64,000 nt of DNA from Candidatus Dormiibacterota bacterium (lineage in GTDB: Bacteria > Chloroflexota > Dormibacteria > Aeolococcales > Aeolococcaceae): contig OY970355.1 in NCBI GenBank assembly GCA_963718525.1, forward strand, positions 2,464,001 to 2,528,000, read 5' to 3'. The position numbers and the translations under genes were made by a program. How positions within the stretch are numbered: position 1 is the stretch's first letter; each line of letters opens with the position of its first letter. Shown here piece after piece: positions 58,321-64,000 of this stretch. Below the pieces are notes generated by a model. It searched no databases. It had not been told where the DNA came from and saw only the letters and a list, made by a program, of their open reading frames with translations.

Positions 58321-59766
58321 TCAATAGGAGCGGGCGAGCAGCGCGTAGAAGTCGGTGGGCTCACCACAGGCGATGCACGGGGCACCGTTCGCCGCGCGAT
58401 CGGCACGCAGGACGCGGACCGTCAATGCATGCACCGCGTTCTTGACCGCAATTTCGCAAGCTTCCGTGTTGCACATCGGCGCCGTCGCGAACACCGGTCG
58501 CTCGGCGAATGCGGCGATCAATTCCTCGAGGCTGGCAACCTCGACACTGCGCTCGTCACGGCGCTGGCGAGCGCGTTCGAAGATGGCGCGCTGCGACGCC
58601 TCGAGCAGGCTGGGGAGCTGTGCCGCCAGTCCAGACAGCGGGACGGTCTCCTGGGAGCCGTCGACACGATGCACGAGGGTGACATTGCCGCCGGCGAGGT
58701 CCTTGGCTCCCACGACGATCCGCAGCGGTACGCCGCGCAGTTCCCAGTGCGCGTATTTCTCTCCAGGACGCACCCCATCGCGGCGATCGACACGCAGTCG
58801 GATTCCTGCAGGGCACTCGCGTTCCAGACGTGCTGCGGCCTCCTCCACCACGACGGCAGCCGCCTCGTCGTTGCTGCGGGTGATCGGCACGACCACAACC
58901 TGCACCGGTGCCACCTTGGGCGGAAGGATCAGGCCCATGTCGTCGCCGTGGGCCATGATCACGGCGCCGACAGTCCGTGCCGACAGCCCCCACGAGGTCT
59001 GAAACGGATGCTGCCGCTGGTTGTCGCGATCGCTGTACGCAATGTCATACGCGCGAGTGAAGTTCTGACCGAGGTGGTGCGACGTCCCTGATTGCAACGC
59101 CCATCCGTCGGCCATCATCGCCTCGATGCTGACCGTGTAGCGGGCGCCGGGAAACTTCTCCGACTCCGTCTTGCGCCCCTTGATCACTGGGATTGCCAGC
59201 CAGTCCTCGGTGAGCTCCCGATAGCAGTCGAGCATGGTGTCCACCTCGTCAGCCGCCTCACTGTCGAGCTGATGGAATGTGTGCCCCTCCTGCCACAGGA
59301 ACTCGGTGGTGCGCAGGAAGAGTCGCGTGCGGTGCTCCCAACGCACGACGTTGCACCACTGGTTGATCTTCACGGGCAGGTCGCGCCAAGAATGAATCCA
59401 GCCCGCATACATGGAGCAGATGATCGTCTCGCTCGTCGGACGCACGGCAAGCCGCTCCTCGAGCTCCTTGCCACCTCCGCGTGTGACCCACGCAACCTGA
59501 GGGTCGAAGCCCTCCACGTGGTCCGCCTCCTTCTGCAGATATGACTCCGGTATGAAGAGCGGGAAGTACATGTTCTCGTGACCGGTGCGCTTGATCATGT
59601 CGTCGAGCGCGCGCTGGATGTTCTCCCACAAGGCGTAGCCGTACGGACGGATCACCATGCAACCGCGCACCGGAGAATAGTCGGCAAGCTCGGCACGACG
59701 GACCACATCCGTATACCAGCGGTCGAAATCCTCGCTCTGCGCAGTGATGCGCTTCTCGTCGGCCAT
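58321..59766 (-). CDS. proS: Proline--tRNA ligase (archaeal/eukaryote-like type)
   Basis: RPTSET, QWCNVVRWE, FLRTTEFLWQEGH, C-terminal ARSY. Confidence 0.96.
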   Translation of the reverse strand: MADEKRITAQSEDFDRWYTDVVRRAELADYSPVRGCMVIRPYGYALWENIQRALDDMIKRTGHENMYFPLFIPESYLQKEADHVEGFDPQVAWVTRGGGKELEERLAVRPTSETIICSMYAGWIHSWRDLPVKINQWCNVVRWEHRTRLFLRTTEFLWQEGHTFHQLDSEAADEVDTMLDCYRELTEDWLAIPVIKGRKTESEKFPGARYTVSIEAMMADGWALQSGTSHHLGQNFTRAYDIAYSDRDNQRQHPFQTSWGLSARTVGAVIMAHGDDMGLILPPKVAPVQVVVVPITRSNDEAAAVVVEEAAARLERECPAGIRLRVDRRDGVRPGEKYAHWELRGVPLRIVVGAKDLAGGNVTLVHRVDGSQETVPLSGLAAQLPSLLEASQRAIFERARQRRDERSVEVASLEELIAAFAERPVFATAPMCNTEACEIAVKNAVHALTVRVLRADRAANGAPCIACGEPTDFYALLARSY

Positions 59767-59777
59767 GGCCGAGCAGT

Positions 59778-60947
59778 CTACGTGAGGACGCCCTCGCGCT
59801 CGCTCAAACCGACGGGCAGCGGCTTGCCTTCGGCGATCAACCGGGCGTCCTCCTCGGCGATTTCGTGCAATTCGCCGAGCAGCGCGCTGACGAGCTCGCC
59901 CTCGGGCAGCGTCGAAACCACCTTGCCGTTGCGGTACAGAATGCCCTTCTGGCGGCCGCCGGCGATGCCGATGTCGGCGTGCATGCCTTCGCCCGGGCCG
60001 TTGACGACACACCCCATGACCGACACCGTGATGGTGCGCTTCACACCCTCGAGCGCCTTGGACACCTGCGCGACCATCGGCATCATGTCGATCTCGAGCC
60101 GGCCGCACGTCGGGCACGCAACCAGGTTGGGTCCGTCACCGCGCTCCTGGAGATTGGCGAGGATCTGGCGTGCGACCCGCACCTCCTCCTCGGGAGAACC
60201 GACCAGCGAGACCCGGATGGTGTCACCGATGCCCTCGGCGAGCAGCAGGCCGATGCCGAGTGCGCTCTTGATGCTCCCAGTGTCCACTGGGCCCGCCTCG
60301 GTGAGCCCGAGATGCAGCGGGTAGCGGTTGCCGAGGGCGACGAAGGCACGATTCGCCGCGAGGTTGGTGAGCACGTCGCTTGCCTTGAGGGAAACCTTGA
60401 TGTCACGGAAGTCGAGCTCCTCGAGCACGCGGATGTGGCTCAAGGCGGCCGCTACCATGTTCTGAGCGGTCTCGTCGATCGATCCGCCCCGGCCGCGGGT
60501 CAGCTCCTTGCGCTGGGGGATGCTGCCGGCGTTGACCCCGATGCGGATCGGCACGTTGCGCGCCTTGGCCTCGCGGGCGATGTCGGCGACCTTGGCACTG
60601 TCGGTGATGTTGCCCGGGTTGAGGCGGAGGCAGTGCACCCCGGCCTCGAGCGCGAGCAGCGCGAGCGGCGCGTCGTAGTGAATGTCGGCGACAACCGGGA
60701 TCGGCGACTCGCGCACGATCTCGTGCAGTGCTGCCGCGGCCTCGCGCGTGTCGCAGGTCACGCGGATGACGTCGGCACCCGCCTGCGCCGCGCGCTGGAT
60801 CTGGGCGATGGTTGCCCGCGCATCCTCGGTCTGGGTCTTGGTCATCGTCTGCACCGCGATCGGTGCAGCACCGCCGATGACCACCGTGCCGACGCGAACC
60901 GGGACGGTGGGACGACGCGCCTTGACCGGCGAACCCCCTTCGGTCAT
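59778..60947 (-). CDS. ispG: HMBPP synthase
   Basis: VADIHY, RLNPGN, IRIGVNAGS, HLGLTEAG, CPTCGR, MGCVVNGPGE. Confidence 0.97.
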   Translation of the reverse strand: MTEGGSPVKARRPTVPVRVGTVVIGGAAPIAVQTMTKTQTEDARATIAQIQRAAQAGADVIRVTCDTREAAAALHEIVRESPIPVVADIHYDAPLALLALEAGVHCLRLNPGNITDSAKVADIAREAKARNVPIRIGVNAGSIPQRKELTRGRGGSIDETAQNMVAAALSHIRVLEELDFRDIKVSLKASDVLTNLAANRAFVALGNRYPLHLGLTEAGPVDTGSIKSALGIGLLLAEGIGDTIRVSLVGSPEEEVRVARQILANLQERGDGPNLVACPTCGRLEIDMMPMVAQVSKALEGVKRTITVSVMGCVVNGPGEGMHADIGIAGGRQKGILYRNGKVVSTLPEGELVSALLGELHEIAEEDARLIAEGKPLPVGLSEREGVLT

Positions 60948-62236
60948 AGCCTGCTCACGTCTCCGATGGTGACATACACGGCAAAGACGACGATGACCGC
61001 CAGGCCGACCGCGGTGATCGCCGCCTCGACCTTGGGATTAAGCCGCCGCCGGCGCACCGATTCGATAGCGATGAACAGCAGCTTGCCGCCGTCCAGGAAC
61101 GGGATCGGCAGCATGTTGACGAAGCCGAGGTTGAGGCTGATGAACCCGATCCACCAGAGCAGGCCGTTCGGTCCCAGGAATCCGTTGTTGGTGGCGACGG
61201 CGGTCTCCTGCGCGATCCCTACGGGGCCGGTGAAGCCCTGCGGTCCGTTGACCCCGCCCTGGGGTGGATGCACGATGAGGCCATAGATCCCCGTGACCTC
61301 CCCCCAGACGAACCCGGGGATCGCGCTGAACCCGGTCGCGATCGCGGCCGGCGGGCTCTCCCCGTCGAAGCCCGGGACGACACCCATGATCCAGCCGGCC
61401 CGGATCGCGTTGTTGGTCGCGTAGCCATCCGTGATCCCGGAAACCGTGACGTTGGTGAAGTGCTTCGCCGCCGAGCCGTCCTCGTTCTCGAGGTAGCCGC
61501 TGATGGTGACCGGCGCGCCGCCGCCAAGCAGCTGCGCCGGGTCGCCCGGCTGGACTGCTGCGCCGTTGATGGACGTCACCGCGAGGCCTCCGACAGGGAG
61601 CTTGCCGCCCGCGATCGTCGATTGGTTGTCGAGGATGTTGGAGATCGTCAGCGTCGGCGTCAGGGTGGTTGTGTGAACGCTGCCGTCCGAGGCACGGAAG
61701 ACCACCGTCAGCGGATGTCCCTGACTGGCGGTCGTCGCGTTGTGGAGGTCGGTCGTGACGTGAGCCAGGCTGTCCTGGCGGATGACGTGACCGTCGATCG
61801 CGAGGATGGTGTCGCCGGACGTCAGCCCCGCCGCCCCTGCCGCCGCATGCTGGGCGTACGCGTATGGCGTGGGTTGCATGTCGACGATCGCGAAGATCAG
61901 GCCGCCGAAGATGAAGTTGACGATGATGCCGGCCGAGACCGTCGCAAACCGCTTCGGACGTGATGCTCGGTAGAAGTTGCGGTCTCCGGCGTCGCTTTCG
62001 CCGGTGAGCCCGAGCATCCCAGCCATCCGCACGAAGCCGCCGGCCGGGATCGCGCGGATCGCGTAGAGGGTCTCTCCGACGGTCCGTGAGTAGAGCTTCG
62101 GGCCGAAGCCGATCGCGAACTCCTCCACCTTGATGCCGGACAGCTTGCCGACTGCGAAATGTCCGAACTCGTGCACGGTGATCACGGAGACGAGCACGAG
62201 GATGAATGCGCCCGCGTAGATGAGGAACTGGATCAT
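60944..62236 (-). CDS. rseP: RseP-like M50 metalloprotease
   Basis: HEFGH, FAIGFGP, PDZ-like region, NMLPIPFLDGG. Confidence 0.94.
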   Translation of the reverse strand: MIQFLIYAGAFILVLVSVITVHEFGHFAVGKLSGIKVEEFAIGFGPKLYSRTVGETLYAIRAIPAGGFVRMAGMLGLTGESDAGDRNFYRASRPKRFATVSAGIIVNFIFGGLIFAIVDMQPTPYAYAQHAAAGAAGLTSGDTILAIDGHVIRQDSLAHVTTDLHNATTASQGHPLTVVFRASDGSVHTTTLTPTLTISNILDNQSTIAGGKLPVGGLAVTSINGAAVQPGDPAQLLGGGAPVTISGYLENEDGSAAKHFTNVTVSGITDGYATNNAIRAGWIMGVVPGFDGESPPAAIATGFSAIPGFVWGEVTGIYGLIVHPPQGGVNGPQGFTGPVGIAQETAVATNNGFLGPNGLLWWIGFISLNLGFVNMLPIPFLDGGKLLFIAIESVRRRRLNPKVEAAITAVGLAVIVVFAVYVTIGDVSRL

Positions 62237-63393
62237 CGCGCCGCCATCGCTCCCGCGGTGCTGGCACGCACGAACCCGCGTGCCCACGCGTCCGCGGCGA
62301 GCACGCCGTCGAGCGTGGAGGCGTCGCCTCCGGCGAAGCCGGCGAGGGCGCCGCTCACCAGGGGTACGATCTCGTCGAAGCGGCACTGGCCGGCGGTGAA
62401 CGCCAGCACGGCCTCCTCGTTCGCCGCGTTGAAGATGCACGGGGCGAGGCCTCCACGCTCCCCGCTCGCACGGGCGAGCGCGACGGCTGGAAAGCGCGCG
62501 TCGTCCACAGGAAGGAATTCCAGTGGTGACACTTCACGGAGGTCGAGGTGCGGACCTACGCCGGGGAGACGCTCACCGTCAGCCAGGGCGAGGGCGATGG
62601 GCACGCGCATGTCCGGGACGCCCATCTGCGCAATCAGTGCGCCGTCCTGGAATTCGACCCAGCTGTGCACGATGCTCGTCGGGTGGATCGCGACATCGAT
62701 TGCCGCGTACGGGGTGTCGAAGAGGAAGTGCGCCTCGATGATCTCGAGCCCCTTGTTCATCATCGTGGCCGAGTCGATGGTGACCTTCGGTCCCATGTTC
62801 CACGTCGGGTGGGCGAGCGCCTCGTCTGGTGTGATCGTCGCGAACGTATCGAGCGAACGCCGGAGGAATGGGCCGCCGCTTGCGGTGAGCACCAGCCGCG
62901 ACACCGACGCGGGATCCTCACCGCGGAGGCATTGCCACAGCGCGGAATGCTCGCTGTCGATGGGCACGATGCGCGCTCCCCTGGCCGCCGCTCGAGCTTG
63001 CACCAGCTCGCCCGCCATGACCAGGACTTCCTTGGTCGCCGTCGCCACGTTCGCGCCGGCGTCGATCGCCGCGAGCGTCGGCCGGAGTGCCGCGGCGCCC
63101 GTGATCGCGACGCAGACCACATCGGCGGGCATTGCCGCAATCTCGCACGCCGCATCCATGCCAATGGCGCAGCCTTCGGGGAGCTCGCCTCCGGGGTCGC
63201 CATGCACGAGCGCCGTGCGTGCCACACGGAAACGGCTCGCGACCGCAGCCAGTGCTGCACCATCACTCCCGGCGACGGCGCCAACCAGCTCGAAACGATC
63301 AGGGAACCTGGCGATCACGTCACACGCCTGACGCCCGATCGACCCGGTCGCGCCAAGCAGAACGACGCGTCGGCGGGGCGTGGTGTGGGTCAC
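62233..63393 (-). CDS. dxr: 1-deoxy-D-xylulose-5-phosphate reductoisomerase
   Basis: LGATGSIG, PIDSEH, TASGGPF, HPTWNMG, NAANE. Confidence 0.97.
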   Translation of the reverse strand: MTHTTPRRRVVLLGATGSIGRQACDVIARFPDRFELVGAVAGSDGAALAAVASRFRVARTALVHGDPGGELPEGCAIGMDAACEIAAMPADVVCVAITGAAALRPTLAAIDAGANVATATKEVLVMAGELVQARAAARGARIVPIDSEHSALWQCLRGEDPASVSRLVLTASGGPFLRRSLDTFATITPDEALAHPTWNMGPKVTIDSATMMNKGLEIIEAHFLFDTPYAAIDVAIHPTSIVHSWVEFQDGALIAQMGVPDMRVPIALALADGERLPGVGPHLDLREVSPLEFLPVDDARFPAVALARASGERGGLAPCIFNAANEEAVLAFTAGQCRFDEIVPLVSGALAGFAGGDASTLDGVLAADAWARGFVRASTAGAMAAR

Positions 63394-63451
63394 TGGTGCG
63401 CAGATACCTCGGTACGCAGTAGAGCAGAACACGCCACCGCTTTCACCCGGG

Positions 63452-64000
63452 TTACGGGAATGCGATCAGCTTCAGGTAGCAATATACGACTGGAGCGAGC
63501 AGAACAAGGCTATCCGCACGATCGAGAATGCCGCCGTGCCCCGGGATCAGCGTCCCTGAGTCCTTGACGCCGGCCTCGCGTTTGATCGCCGATTCGACGA
63601 GGTCTCCGCCCTGCGCGGCGACGGCCATCAGGGCTCCCAGCCCCGCGCCGAGCGGCACGCTGATCCCGATCAACCACGGGCCGGCGATCGCACCCACGAG
63701 CACCGAGGCGATCGCCCCGGCGACCGCGCCCTCGACCGACTTCCGGGGAGAGATCGAGCGGAAGAACGGATGCCGGCCGATCGCGCTGCCCACGAAGTAG
63801 GCTGCCGTGTCCCCGATCACCGCGCCCGCGAGGGCGACCGCGACCAGACGAAACCCCAGATGGTTCTGGTCCGGCACGTGCCAACGATAGATCGCGACCC
63901 AGAACCCGAGGCAGAGGCCGACGTACGTCGCCCCGCCAACAGCGAGCGCCCATCCCGCGAAGAGCTGCCGGCTCCCGAGCCCGGCGAGCAACCCGATCAC
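63452..64000 (-). CDS. cdsA: Phosphatidate cytidylyltransferase (partial)
   Basis: DTAAYFVG, ISPRKSVEG, GDLVESAIKR..GVKDSG..IPGHGGILDR.DS. Confidence 0.95.
   Translation of the reverse strand: MIGLLAGLGSRQLFAGWALAVGGATYVGLCLGFWVAIYRWHVPDQNHLGFRLVAVALAGAVIGDTAAYFVGSAIGRHPFFRSISPRKSVEGAVAGAIASVLVGAIAGPWLIGISVPLGAGLGALMAVAAQGGDLVESAIKREAGVKDSGTLIPGHGGILDRADSLVLLAPVVYCYLKLIAFP

Noticed and set aside
20684-63567. Long opposite-strand or alternate-frame ORFs (e.g. 20684-22633, 28581-30650, 52968-55544, 59865-61286)
   Set aside because: Shadow ORFs of recognised genes in high-GC DNA, with no motifs.

Overview
High-GC bacterial chromosome segment. The gene content suggests a Terrabacteria lineage such as Ca. 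Dormibacterota or Chloroflexota, but this is inference only. Bases ~18.35-64 kb are core genome, almost all on the minus strand: cdsA-dxr-rseP-ispG-proS, a sat-cysC-LysR unit on +, relA-hisS-aspS, RsbW-like/SigF-like, alaS, FtsA-like, ruvX, aro genes, efp-nusB-xseAB-tlyA-nadK-recN-scpAB-rluB-cmk-dinG, a split NAD synthetase, rsmI-tatD-rsmA, MFS and tRNA-Val(GAC). Bases 1-18.3 kb are an accessory region with four nested layers that can be rebuilt base by base. (1) A DUF222/HNH gene with a LexA-like box is split at its conserved Asn codon (TT crossover at 3598-3599 and 15764-15765). (2) The insert is one or more large-serine-recombinase elements with a 52-bp symmetric attP, a Rep_trans relaxase with an ICEBs1/Tn916-like nic site, and TIR and OLD-nuclease cargo. 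(3) An IS256 (8-bp TSD) splits the Rep gene. (4) An IS110 splits the IS256 transposase. The IS110 non-coding end folds into a complete bridge-RNA architecture. Its target guides spell GGC ATT TTY CCT AAC (Gly-Ile-Phe-Pro-Asn), the IS256 motif it landed in, and all mismatches fall at synonymous third codon positions. It therefore looks like an RNA-guided element programmed to parasitise IS256 transposase genes. All alignments and folds were done by eye; no searches were run.
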